The notes below the pieces were generated by a model. It did not search any database. It was not told where the DNA came from and saw only the letters and a list, made by a program, of their open reading frames with translations. 35,430 bases of DNA, taken from the IMG/VR virus record IMGVR_UViG_2923302340_000005, positions 1-35,430 of that record. One strand, 5' to 3'. Of the stretch, positions 1-7,985 are shown piece after piece. Source of the DNA: a virus (lineage: Duplodnaviria; Heunggongvirae; Uroviricota; Caudoviricetes). Position 1 is the first letter of the stretch. Each line of letters starts with the position of its first letter. A program made the position numbers and the translations under genes.

Positions 1-1023
1 TTATGTGGATGAAATGTGGATGCCTCCTTTTAACGGATTAAGTGAAATTGCATCCTGGAGGAAATCAGGAGCGAGGTGCGCATAGGTCATAGTTTGCTGG
101 ATCGTAGCGTGCCCCATAATTCGCTGGAGCGTAAGTATATTTCCTCCATTAATCATAAAGTGAGCAGCAAAGGTATGGCGTAGAACATGTACAGCCTGTC
201 CTTTTGGTAGGTCTGGCTTAACACTGCGAAGCACCTTGCGATATTCCTCATAATTGACGTCAAACAAAAGGCCGGATTTCTTTGTTTTGATCTCACTAAC
301 AACTTCATCAGAGACAGGAATAATTCGAACTTTTCCGTTTTTAGTTTTGTTAAACGTCACGCGATTATTGATGATGTGTTCCGCGCGCAGATTTTTCGCT
401 TCTCCCCATCTCGCCCCAGTACTGAGACAAAGTAGCGTAATCCGCCGGGCATCACCGCTTACTGCATCCAGTAATTTGGCGATTTCTTCCGTGGTGAGAT
501 ACGTCATTTCGGGTGATTTTCGTTTCAAAGAGGGGAGGGCGCGGAGCGGATTTTCTCCGTGAAATTCCCCGGCATTTGCCAGGAGTGTAAACATTCCTCC
601 GAGATCCGACTCATCACGCCGAACAGTAGACTCTTTTACTCCCAAGGATAAACGGGAGCTTCGATAAGCGGCCATGAAACGAGCATTAATCTGGCTAACC
701 CTTGGATCATTCATTTCTTTGATGATTTTTTTCAACCTGGTTAGAACGCCGTTAGCATATGGCTTATTGCGTCCACCCAATTCCCACCATAACGGAAGCA
801 GATCTGAGAGATGACGTTGCTCTGTTGGCTTTTCAAGCCATTCCTTATCGTGCATGTGGCTGAGAACATAACGCTCAAAGGCCACTGCATCTGCCTTTTT
901 CTTAAAAATCCGCTGAATCCGACGTCCACTTCGGCCACGCGGTCTAACATCCACTTTATACCGTCCACCATCGAGCGCTTTAATTGCCATTGGCAAGCCC
1001 TCCGGTGAAACGAGGAAAGACAT
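1..1023 (-). CDS. int: Tyrosine integrase, P2 Int-like
   Basis: 340-aa ORF; C-terminal catalytic region with conserved R...HxxR...Y pattern (VLRHTFAAH, TMTYAHL) typical of phage tyrosine recombinases; sits next to the immunity repressor as in P2. Stop codon at 1-3, so the adjacent att site is outside the window. Confidence 0.9.
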   Translation of the reverse strand: MSFLVSPEGLPMAIKALDGGRYKVDVRPRGRSGRRIQRIFKKKADAVAFERYVLSHMHDKEWLEKPTEQRHLSDLLPLWWELGGRNKPYANGVLTRLKKIIKEMNDPRVSQINARFMAAYRSSRLSLGVKESTVRRDESDLGGMFTLLANAGEFHGENPLRALPSLKRKSPEMTYLTTEEIAKLLDAVSGDARRITLLCLSTGARWGEAKNLRAEHIINNRVTFNKTKNGKVRIIPVSDEVVSEIKTKKSGLLFDVNYEEYRKVLRSVKPDLPKGQAVHVLRHTFAAHFMINGGNILTLQRIMGHATIQQTMTYAHLAPDFLQDAISLNPLKGGIHISST

Positions 1024-1056
1024 TTCCAGTTTGTAAAACGTAAGAATAATAAAGGG

Positions 1057-1359
1057 TTAGCCAATTTTCCTTTCGGATGGGGGTAAGTCCGTTGGCTCTT
1101 GCCCATAGTGTGCGAGAGCCGGAGCTATCTGCCCGGATTCAGGCGCAATTTTCCCAGTCATAAACCACAACGCATATTTCTCAAATCTGGGGTTGTTTAG
1201 TATTTGCTCAATTACTTCAGCATTAGGGATAGTTTTACCGCTTTCATATCTCCACAGAGCATCACGGTTTAAACCAAGCATTTTTGCTGTATCCGGGAGG
1301 CTAGTAAGTCTCTCGCTTTCACGCATGATTTTTATGCGCTCTCCAATAGTCATACGCAT
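1057..1359 (-). CDS. C: Immunity repressor, P2 C-like
   Basis: About 100 aa; matches P2 C from memory (MTIGERIKIMRESE, WFMTGKIAPESGQIAPALAH). Start placed at first ATG (1357-1359) with GGAG 9 nt upstream; the track ORF starts at an upstream TTG (1374). Confidence 0.8.
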   Translation of the reverse strand: MRMTIGERIKIMRESERLTSLPDTAKMLGLNRDALWRYESGKTIPNAEVIEQILNNPRFEKYALWFMTGKIAPESGQIAPALAHYGQEPTDLPPSERKIG

Positions 1360-1360
1360 G

Positions 1361-1389
1361 TTGCAATTCTCCAACGCCTGTATTAATAT
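1361..1389 (+). promoter_or_regulatory. Candidate early promoter Pe (sigma-70 type) driving the cox-like operon
   Basis: TTGCAA (1361-1366), 17-nt spacer, TAATAT (1384-1389), read directly; position between divergent C and cox-like genes matches the P2 immunity switch layout. Confidence 0.55.
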
Positions 1390-1396
1390 TTATACA
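1379..1396. promoter_or_regulatory. Near-palindromic operator-like site overlapping the Pe -10
   Basis: tgtatTaatattTataca is symmetric at 16 of 18 positions and overlaps the -10 hexamer; candidate repressor or Cox binding site. Confidence 0.4.
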
Positions 1397-1454
1397 AATG
1401 AGTTTGATTTGGGGCATCCGTCGCAAGAAATACCCCAAACAGGGAGATTATCAC

Positions 1455-1781
1455 ATGAATGAAGAACTATTGAGGGCATTGTTTAAGATCCCAGACCCCA
1501 TCACCGTCGATGAGTTTTCCCGCCGCACAGGTAAGACCGAATCAGCCGTAAGAAAGTTGGTAGAGCGTCGACTCATCCCTCTAACTACTGAGCGCGAGGT
1601 TTTAGGCGAGGAAGGGAGTTCGCGCCGTCTTCTCATCCTTTGGAATGAGTGGCTCGAAATGGTCTATGACGCAACGAAACAGCTTCCTCCTGAGCGTAAA
1701 GATTGGCGCAATCACTGGCTTAAGAAAGCCAAGAAGCTGGCGGAAGATTTGGGATTAGGCTTTCTTAATTTTGCTGCATGA
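1455..1781 (+). CDS. Cox/Apl-like small DNA-binding excision and regulatory protein (putative)
   Basis: First gene of the rightward early operon, divergent from C; GGGAG 8 nt upstream of ATG 1455; small basic protein. Track ORF extends to ATG 1398, which lies almost at the predicted transcription start. Confidence 0.55.
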   Translation: MNEELLRALFKIPDPITVDEFSRRTGKTESAVRKLVERRLIPLTTEREVLGEEGSSRRLLILWNEWLEMVYDATKQLPPERKDWRNHWLKKAKKLAEDLGLGFLNFAA

Positions 1782-1799
1782 GATGCAGGGAGTTTTGAT

Positions 1800-2141
1800 A
1801 TGAAACAGCAACGTAATTCACGCTTTCGTAATGGTGCTGAACGCCACGCTAACCGTTTCGCTACCAGTGCATCACGCAGCAACATCCGCTACAGCCTGAG
1901 TGATACACACGCAACGCCGGATGGCTACCCAGTAAAACAAATCGGCGAGCATGCCTGGCTGATTGAGAAAGCTGGAATCGTGGTCCACAAATGCCCACGC
2001 AATCCGTTTACCGGAAACCGCATTTTTGCATTGAGCTGCGGCGACAATCAATTCGGGCAGGATTTCACATTATACGAAGCACTTCGCACGGTTGATCGTC
2101 TGCTTCGTGGGCAAAGTTTTATTAAACAGGCTGATTTATAA
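1800..2141 (+). CDS. Hypothetical early protein
   Basis: 113-aa ORF with AGGGAG-type RBS, in the early operon; no family recognised. Confidence 0.6.
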   Translation: MKQQRNSRFRNGAERHANRFATSASRSNIRYSLSDTHATPDGYPVKQIGEHAWLIEKAGIVVHKCPRNPFTGNRIFALSCGDNQFGQDFTLYEALRTVDRLLRGQSFIKQADL

Positions 2142-2151
2142 CAGGTGCTTT

Positions 2152-2430
2152 ATGACCAAAGAGCATGCACAAGGTGTATTTATCCGTTTTATTGATTTTC
2201 GCGGTGAACTGTTATTACGCGCATCAGCCATTGACGGAGTTGTTCCATCCGAAAAAAACGCAGCTACTTACGTTTATCTGAACGGTACGCGCCTGACTGT
2301 GGAGCTTCCGTACCAGACCGTGCGAGAAATCATTAGCGAAGCTGAAAAGGCACGTCAGGTTAATGGCGATAAACCATATATCGAAATTATTTGTATGGAT
2401 TCAGAAGCTGAAATTCAGAAAGCAGATTAA
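2152..2430 (+). CDS. Hypothetical early protein
   Basis: 92-aa ORF, start ATG 2152 close behind the previous stop; track ORF begins earlier at 2092. Confidence 0.5.
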   Translation: MTKEHAQGVFIRFIDFRGELLLRASAIDGVVPSEKNAATYVYLNGTRLTVELPYQTVREIISEAEKARQVNGDKPYIEIICMDSEAEIQKAD

Positions 2431-2441
2431 AGGGCGTTGCG

Positions 2442-2684
2442 ATGGGCAAAGAATATAAAACTCTCATTAACAAAGCACTTGAACGATTTTATTTTCGCTT
2501 AAGTGCATCAGGCGCTCATGCTGAACGTGCAGCCCGTGACTCATTGACCAGGGCAATCCGGAGTTTGTATGACGTCGCTTTTTACGCTGATGATCTGGAT
2601 GCACTTAACGAACTTTCCGAGCTGATCTGTGCCGCAGAATGCGGGGAACATATTGAACCGTATAAGCTGGGGAATATCGCATGA
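2442..2684 (+). CDS. Hypothetical early protein
   Basis: 80-aa ORF with AAAGGG upstream of the ATG. Confidence 0.55.
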   Translation: MGKEYKTLINKALERFYFRLSASGAHAERAARDSLTRAIRSLYDVAFYADDLDALNELSELICAAECGEHIEPYKLGNIA

Positions 2685-2794
2685 GTATATTTATCTCATG
2701 GCTTGTTCTGATTATTTCGGTGGCCTGCGCCATTGGAATTATGCGAATTATTCATTCAGTAAAAAAGATTGAACGTTTTTTCACTGGTGAATAA
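2681..2794 (+). CDS. Small hydrophobic peptide (37 aa), putative single-pass membrane protein
   Basis: Not in the ORF track (under 60 aa). ATG 2681 overlaps the upstream stop (ATGA), GGGGA 7 nt upstream; translation MSIFISWLVLIISVACAIGIMRIIHSVKKIERFFTGE has one hydrophobic helix. Confidence 0.35.
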   Translation: MSIFISWLVLIISVACAIGIMRIIHSVKKIERFFTGE

Positions 2795-2979
2795 CGATAC
2801 AAATAAAACATCAAATTAAATAAGAAAACGTGAAAACCATCCGTATTAACGGAGGTATTCGCACACGCAAATAACGGAGATACAAAAATGCACGCAAAAG
2901 AAGAAGGTATCATCAGAGCACTGAAAGAAATTTCAAAGACAGAAAACGAAGTAGCGAAAAAGCCATAGCAAATAATCAT

Positions 2980-3297
2980 ATGGACGTCGCAACCCACACA
3001 CTGATAGTCGCAAGAGTCACGGCAGAAGCAGCCGAAATTATCGCAAAACAGGATGCTGAACTGGCGGTTCTCAGAACACAACCAGTCACCGGACTGGATT
3101 TGTCTAACACCGGACGCCTTATTTACACAATTGGCTCGGAGCTACAGCGATACACCATTATCGCCGGGTTACAGGATAAATACCTGATCACTCCTCACCC
3201 CATAAGGGAATCAGAAATTCTGACAAATCTCCGCCTGATAGAGCGCTCTCAAGTCGCATTCATTGATGACGCACAGTGCACCGTATTTAACGCATAG
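2980..3297 (+). CDS. Hypothetical early protein
   Basis: 105-aa ORF following an AT-rich spacer; weak RBS. Confidence 0.5.
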   Translation: MDVATHTLIVARVTAEAAEIIAKQDAELAVLRTQPVTGLDLSNTGRLIYTIGSELQRYTIIAGLQDKYLITPHPIRESEILTNLRLIERSQVAFIDDAQCTVFNA

Positions 3298-3320
3298 AGT
3301 TACTGGACAAAGGGGGCGCA

Positions 3321-3524
3321 ATGGCAATTAAGCATTTTCCCGTCGTTCGCTTTACCTCCAGAGGGCGCGAATACGAGGTCGACGAACGCCTGATTACCAC
3401 TATCGACAAACATCGTTCGGAAAAGGATGCACACCACATCTACCTCACTGACGGCACTTACTTCTGCGCCACTAATGTGGCGCGGGTAAACCTTATCCGA
3501 CAGGTACAGGAGCCACGCAGATGA
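3321..3524 (+). CDS. Hypothetical early protein
   Basis: 67-aa ORF with strong RBS (AAAGGGGG); stop overlaps the next start. Confidence 0.55.
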   Translation: MAIKHFPVVRFTSRGREYEVDERLITTIDKHRSEKDAHHIYLTDGTYFCATNVARVNLIRQVQEPRR

Positions 3525-3787
3525 CCATTCTGGACTACATCGCTACTCATCCGGGGTGTAGCGGCGGAGAGATCGCCGCAGCACTGAATACTCCAACCAC
3601 AGCCATTAATGCTGAGTTACGCCAACTTTGGCGCGGCGGCTTAGTCATCAGAACAAACCGCAGCACAGGTGGTCGCGCTCGCAAAACTGGAGGCCAGGCT
3701 TCTTACCACGTAAACCCGATGCCGTTCGGGTGTAGCAATCCACTTACTCACATGTTTAACCAGCTACTGAAGGAAGCCAGAACATGA
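3521..3787 (+). CDS. Putative winged-helix DNA-binding protein
   Basis: 88-aa ORF coupled to its neighbours; sequence pattern (ILDYIATHPGCSGGEIAAALN...LRQLWRGGLV) resembles a wHTH regulator. Family assignment is by eye only. Confidence 0.45.
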   Translation: MTILDYIATHPGCSGGEIAAALNTPTTAINAELRQLWRGGLVIRTNRSTGGRARKTGGQASYHVNPMPFGCSNPLTHMFNQLLKEART

Positions 3788-4083
3788 GCACCATCAACCA
3801 CCAGAAGCTACGCGAACTGGCATTTGCCCTGCAACGAATGGCAACACCTCAAAAATTACTGGCATTTCGCGCAATGCTCTCGCCGTCTGCTGCGCTGGCA
3901 TTGCTGGATGAGCTGGAGCACGCCAGAACCACGGCTCCTGCCATTCGCCTGACGCTCCATCATGAAATCGCTGATTTCTGCGCGACATTGGAGGTGCCAG
4001 GCGAACCGGAAACGCCGGAAGCAATACAGCAAGAGCTGCTGCAACGTATTGACAAGGTTTTTGATTTTTTTCTGAACCAGTAA
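3784..4083 (+). CDS. Ea22/Ead-like N-terminal domain protein
   Basis: 99 aa; shares the N-terminal signature MSxINxQxLRELA and ALLDELE with the two genes at 9325 and 9921. Confidence 0.5.
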   Translation: MSTINHQKLRELAFALQRMATPQKLLAFRAMLSPSAALALLDELEHARTTAPAIRLTLHHEIADFCATLEVPGEPETPEAIQQELLQRIDKVFDFFLNQ

Positions 4084-4190
4084 GAAACCAGAGCATGCAC
4101 ACACAAAAAAACCGCTTGCCATGCCGCAATCAGTCAGGTTACATTTCCGCTGCACCTCATAAAACGGGTGCCGGGTTTCGCAGCCTGCTG

Positions 4191-4395
4191 ACTACAAGAG
4201 CGCACAACCGCGCCAGCGGTTTTTTTGTGCGTACTGTATTGCCACGTTTTTTTCGCGTCAGAATTATGGCGGGGCGTACGGGGCCGACTTCGGTCGGGCC
4301 GGGATCTCTTGTAGCCGGTACTGCGAACCTCGTACGTCTCGCCACCCACAGTTTCGCAGCTCTGGATGGTGAGTTTTCACAACTTACTACAAGAG
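4191..4395. repeat. Three copies of CTACAAGAG, two direct and one inverted
   Basis: ACTACAAGAG at 4191-4200 and 4386-4395; reverse complement CTCTTGTAG at 4306-4314. The third copy contains the AAGAGG ribosome-binding site of the gene at 4406. Confidence 0.7.
4206..4226 (+). terminator. Rho-independent terminator candidate
   Basis: Stem AACCGC / GCGGTT with GCCA loop, followed by a T-run (4221-4226). Confidence 0.55.
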
Positions 4396-4405
4396 GCCAC
4401 ATATC

Positions 4406-4636
4406 ATGGCAAACCGCAAACAGCACCGCACTATCGCGGAGCGTCGTCACATCCAGACTGAAATCAACCGCAGACTTTCCCGCGCATTCCGCGTCGCTAA
4501 AATCATGCACATCAATATGCTGCATGAGCGTAGCTGCGAACTTTCAAACCTCTATTCATCCGCTGTTTTCAGCTATCTGGCGGATGATCTGCGCGAGCTT
4601 CAACAGCTCATCCAGCAGCAAAACAAACTCCATTAA
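4406..4636 (+). CDS. Hypothetical small basic protein
   Basis: 76-aa ORF, AAGAGG 9 nt upstream; preferred over the overlapping low-complexity 205-aa ORF 4095-4712. Confidence 0.5.
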   Translation: MANRKQHRTIAERRHIQTEINRRLSRAFRVAKIMHINMLHERSCELSNLYSSAVFSYLADDLRELQQLIQQQNKLH

Positions 4637-4708
4637 TTCCTGTTCCGGACCTTTCCTGCACCTTGCGGCGGGAGGCCTTCGCACATCTGTAACAAGAGGA
4701 TTGCCGCA

Positions 4709-5074
4709 ATGATTCTCGCCAACGACTTTCTTGAATACCTGCTCAACACAGAACGTGATCTTGCCGCTCGCGTGCGTGATCGTTATGACATGTACCTGAA
4801 ATCCCTGCCTGTACCGCAGCTCGCTGACGGAAAGATTGTTATTGATGGTCGCTACATGATTGACAGCCACGAGGGAAATTACAGGCTTTACCGCATTGAA
4901 GGTGGCACCCCGTCCGTTATTGGCATTTACCAGCGCCCATCCTCTGCAATTGTCGATGTGATTGCCGACAGCATCCGCATCACACATCGCCATGCCGACA
5001 CAGAAGACACCGTGCTGGAAATTCAGCGGCTGGCTGCCGTCTGCCGCGACACCCTGAATGGCATGACGAAGTAA
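4709..5074 (+). CDS. Hypothetical protein upstream of replication gene A
   Basis: 121-aa ORF with AAGAGG-type RBS. Confidence 0.55.
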   Translation: MILANDFLEYLLNTERDLAARVRDRYDMYLKSLPVPQLADGKIVIDGRYMIDSHEGNYRLYRIEGGTPSVIGIYQRPSSAIVDVIADSIRITHRHADTEDTVLEIQRLAAVCRDTLNGMTK

Positions 5075-5080
5075 ATCACT

Positions 5081-7909
5081 ATGACGGCAGAGTACATCAG
5101 GGACTGGCAACAACCGCGCCACGCAGTGGGACGTGAAGGAACGGGGATCCCCGTTCCTGAATCTGCGCTTTCCTCCTGGCTGGATGCCTACCGGGCAGAG
5201 AACGAGCGCCGCCAGGAAATGGCTGATGCGGCGTTCTCCGCCACGCCGCTGGGCAACCTGATTAATAAAAGCCTGGATGCACAGGAAAAACAGGACAAAA
5301 CCATCACACTGGCAGGAGACGCCAGAAAACAGGCACGCGGCGCGGTGGATGAAGCCATGGCCTCGCTGCGCCTGCTGCCGTCCTATCTGCGCGATCCGCT
5401 TATTCGCCACCTCTCCTTCCTGCGCAAAAAACAGGAAGTCGATCGCCGGAAAGGCAAAAAGAGCTGGCAGGCTGAACGCTACGCGCGCGGAACCCTGCGC
5501 AAAATATTCGAACGTCTGGACCGCACCGACCACCGCTGGCTGACACCGGGTTATCGCTCCCTTGCCGGACGCGAACGCCTGGATGATTTGCTTTACCTGC
5601 CGCAGCTCAACAAGCACCAGATACAGACGCTGGCCACCATGACGGCGGCGATGTTCAGCAGCACCTTCGAAAAACTCTGCGATGGCTTTGGCGCGACTGA
5701 TGGCGAACTGACCATGGATGTAACGCTGAAGGCGTATCAGATGCTGGCCCGCATGGCGTTACACCTGCACGCCATGCCTCCACATTATGACGCACTGACA
5801 ACAGACAAAGACCGGAGGAACGAACCGGACACGGAGCTGCTGCCGGGCGCAATCCTTCGCCTGACCTGTGCGGAATGGTGGAAACGCAAACTGTGGCTGT
5901 TACGTTGCGAGTGGAGAGAAGAACAACTCCGCGCCGCCTGTCTGGTTTCCAGAAAAACATCACCCTATCTGAGCCAGGACGCGTTAAGCGAGTTTCGCGC
6001 ACAGCGCGAGAAAACCCGCGACTTCCTGAAGAGCTTCGAACTGGAAAACGAAGACGGCTTCACGATTGATCTCGAGACAGTGTATTACGCGGGAGTAAGT
6101 AACCCGGTTCACCGTAAGGCAGAAATGATGGCCACCATGAAGGGACTGGAACTTCTGGCCGAAGCCCGTGGCGACAGAGCGGTGTTTCTGACTGTCACCT
6201 GCCCGTCAAAATACCACGCAACAACGGAGAACGGTCATCCGAACCCCAAATGGAACGGGGCCACCATGCGCGACTCCAGCGATTACCTGGTTAACACGTT
6301 TTTTGCGGCGGTCCGCAAGAAACTGAACCGCGACGGCCTGCGCTGGTATGGCATCCGCACGGTGGAGCCTCACCATGACGGCACCGTGCACTGGCATATG
6401 ATGGTCTTTGCTCATCCGGAAGAAATCGACAGCATCGTGGCCATCACCCGCGATATTGCCATTCAGGAAGACCGCCACGAGCTGGGCAATGATATTACTC
6501 CGCGCTTTAAGGTGGAGTATGTCGACGGCTCAAAAGGCACGCCAACCAGCTACATCGCCACCTACATCGGAAAGAACCTGGACAGCCGCGCCGTGGATGG
6601 CATCGACCCGAAAACGGGCAAACCACGCGTTGACCACGAAACCGGAAAATCAATGGCCGAGAGCGTGGAACGCGCCATCGGCTGGGCGCGCCTTCACCGG
6701 GTCCGCCAGTTCCAGTTCTTTGGTATCCCCTCCCGTCAGGTGTGGCGTGAACTGCGTCGCCTTGCCAGCCAGATGGCACGCAACCCCGAAGGCCCGCAAC
6801 GGCTGAAGGATGACGCAATGGATGCGGTTCTTGCTGCCGCTGATGCCGGATGTTTTGCCACCTACATAGAGAAACAGGGCGGCGTACTTGTTCCACGCAA
6901 AGACTACCTGATTCGCACCGCCTACGACCTCGCAGATGAGCTGAACGATTACGGCGAACAGAGCGTACAGATTTACGGGATCTGGTCGCCACTCATCGGG
7001 GAATCCTCCCGTGTGTGCACGCATCCGGATAACTGGAAGCTGGTAAGACGCAAACCGGAAGCGGAAGACAGCGCCCGCGAAAATGGTTTTGACCTTCAGG
7101 GCGGCCCTGCCGCCCCTTGGACTCGTGGCAATAACTGTCCCCGTGTACAGGAAACGGACAACAACGGGATAGAACAGCCGGAAGAACGGCCAGCACCGTG
7201 GCCGCAGCTCCCTGACGGCGTTGAAGTGAACGAATGGATGCGCTCACTGAAACGGCACGAACGCCGGGCGCTGATGCGTTCGCTTCGGCTTCGTGACAAA
7301 CAGGCAAAAAACAGCAGTGATGAAATGCAGAGCTGGACACAGAGCCGCAAACAGCAGCGGCCTTTGCCTGATAACCACGAATTACTCGCTAAAGAATGGC
7401 GGGAATCTGCCGAATCTCTCGGCCTGCATATCGGTGAACAGCAGATGCAGCACCTGTTACGGGGCGGCAGCCTGTACGTTGACGGCAGCATCATTGCACC
7501 GCAGGGATTTGAAATTGTACGCAAACCGGATACCCGCCCGGACAGCCGAATCACGCAGCTCTGGCAGCGCCTGAGCCGTAATCACGGCGTAAGCAGCACA
7601 GAGATCCGCCATAACCCGGTCGCCAGCTATCTGGAACAACTGGGGGCATCAGACCCCGAAGCCGCCGCACGTCTGGCATCCACACTTCAGCAGGACCAGA
7701 ACACCATGAAAACCCCCGTTACCGTGCTTTCTGACATGCTGCGCGCCATCCGTGACACAGAGCACGCACAGAGAATCAGTGAAACCACTGAACGCGCCCA
7801 CCGCAAAGCAGACCTGCTGCGGGGTAGCCTGACCAGTGGAAACAAAAAACAGACAGAAACGGGACTCACAAATCTCGTAAATGAGCAAAAAACGCGCCAT
7901 AAAACATGA
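5081..7909 (+). CDS. A: Rolling-circle replication initiator, P2 gpA-like (HUH endonuclease)
   Basis: 942 aa; HUH-type metal motif HWHMMVF and paired catalytic tyrosines SYIATYIGK, characteristic of P2 A / phiX174 gpA Rep proteins; carries a long charged C-terminal extension relative to P2 A. Confidence 0.85.
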   Translation: MTAEYIRDWQQPRHAVGREGTGIPVPESALSSWLDAYRAENERRQEMADAAFSATPLGNLINKSLDAQEKQDKTITLAGDARKQARGAVDEAMASLRLLPSYLRDPLIRHLSFLRKKQEVDRRKGKKSWQAERYARGTLRKIFERLDRTDHRWLTPGYRSLAGRERLDDLLYLPQLNKHQIQTLATMTAAMFSSTFEKLCDGFGATDGELTMDVTLKAYQMLARMALHLHAMPPHYDALTTDKDRRNEPDTELLPGAILRLTCAEWWKRKLWLLRCEWREEQLRAACLVSRKTSPYLSQDALSEFRAQREKTRDFLKSFELENEDGFTIDLETVYYAGVSNPVHRKAEMMATMKGLELLAEARGDRAVFLTVTCPSKYHATTENGHPNPKWNGATMRDSSDYLVNTFFAAVRKKLNRDGLRWYGIRTVEPHHDGTVHWHMMVFAHPEEIDSIVAITRDIAIQEDRHELGNDITPRFKVEYVDGSKGTPTSYIATYIGKNLDSRAVDGIDPKTGKPRVDHETGKSMAESVERAIGWARLHRVRQFQFFGIPSRQVWRELRRLASQMARNPEGPQRLKDDAMDAVLAAADAGCFATYIEKQGGVLVPRKDYLIRTAYDLADELNDYGEQSVQIYGIWSPLIGESSRVCTHPDNWKLVRRKPEAEDSARENGFDLQGGPAAPWTRGNNCPRVQETDNNGIEQPEERPAPWPQLPDGVEVNEWMRSLKRHERRALMRSLRLRDKQAKNSSDEMQSWTQSRKQQRPLPDNHELLAKEWRESAESLGLHIGEQQMQHLLRGGSLYVDGSIIAPQGFEIVRKPDTRPDSRITQLWQRLSRNHGVSSTEIRHNPVASYLEQLGASDPEAAARLASTLQQDQNTMKTPVTVLSDMLRAIRDTEHAQRISETTERAHRKADLLRGSLTSGNKKQTETGLTNLVNEQKTRHKT

Positions 7910-7958
7910 AGTGCGCACAAAACAGGCAAAAGCGGGATTTGAAAATCCCGTAAACGAT
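7857..7958. promoter_or_regulatory. Imperfect direct repeats straddling the A stop; candidate parC-like site or operator
   Basis: gggactcacaaatctcgtaaatga (7861-7884) and gggatttgaaaatcccgtaaacga (7934-7957) match at 18 of 24 positions; the second contains the perfect palindrome gggattt..aaatccc. Confidence 0.4.
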
Positions 7959-7985
7959 TAATTAATCAACATAAGGAAAAGCGAC

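Noticed and set aside
1378-1397. LexA box in the immunity region
   Set aside because: CTGT is present but ACAG is not at N8 spacing; the site is symmetric but non-canonical, so SOS control is not claimed.
1398-1454. Longer N-terminal extensions from the ORF track for cox (1398), gpO (14486), gpD (32356), parR-like (8815), orphan gene (10988) and com (34473)
   Set aside because: In each case an internal start has a proper Shine-Dalgarno sequence and gives a length matching the P2 or Mu homolog; the upstream part overlaps the preceding gene or lacks an RBS.
4095-4712. 205-aa plus-strand ORF spanning the noncoding gap and the gene at 4406 in another frame
   Set aside because: Ser/Thr/Arg-rich low-complexity translation, no RBS; the 76-aa ORF at 4406 with an AAGAGG RBS is preferred.
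4556-5617. 353-aa minus-strand ORF across the start of gene A and the upstream genes
   Set aside because: Antisense to well-supported plus-strand genes with RBS and homology; typical GC-rich shadow ORF.
6408-7639. Several 60-160-aa ORFs on both strands inside gene A
   Set aside because: Alternative-frame or antisense products that are Arg/Cys/Ser-rich; gene A spans the region with clear Rep motifs.
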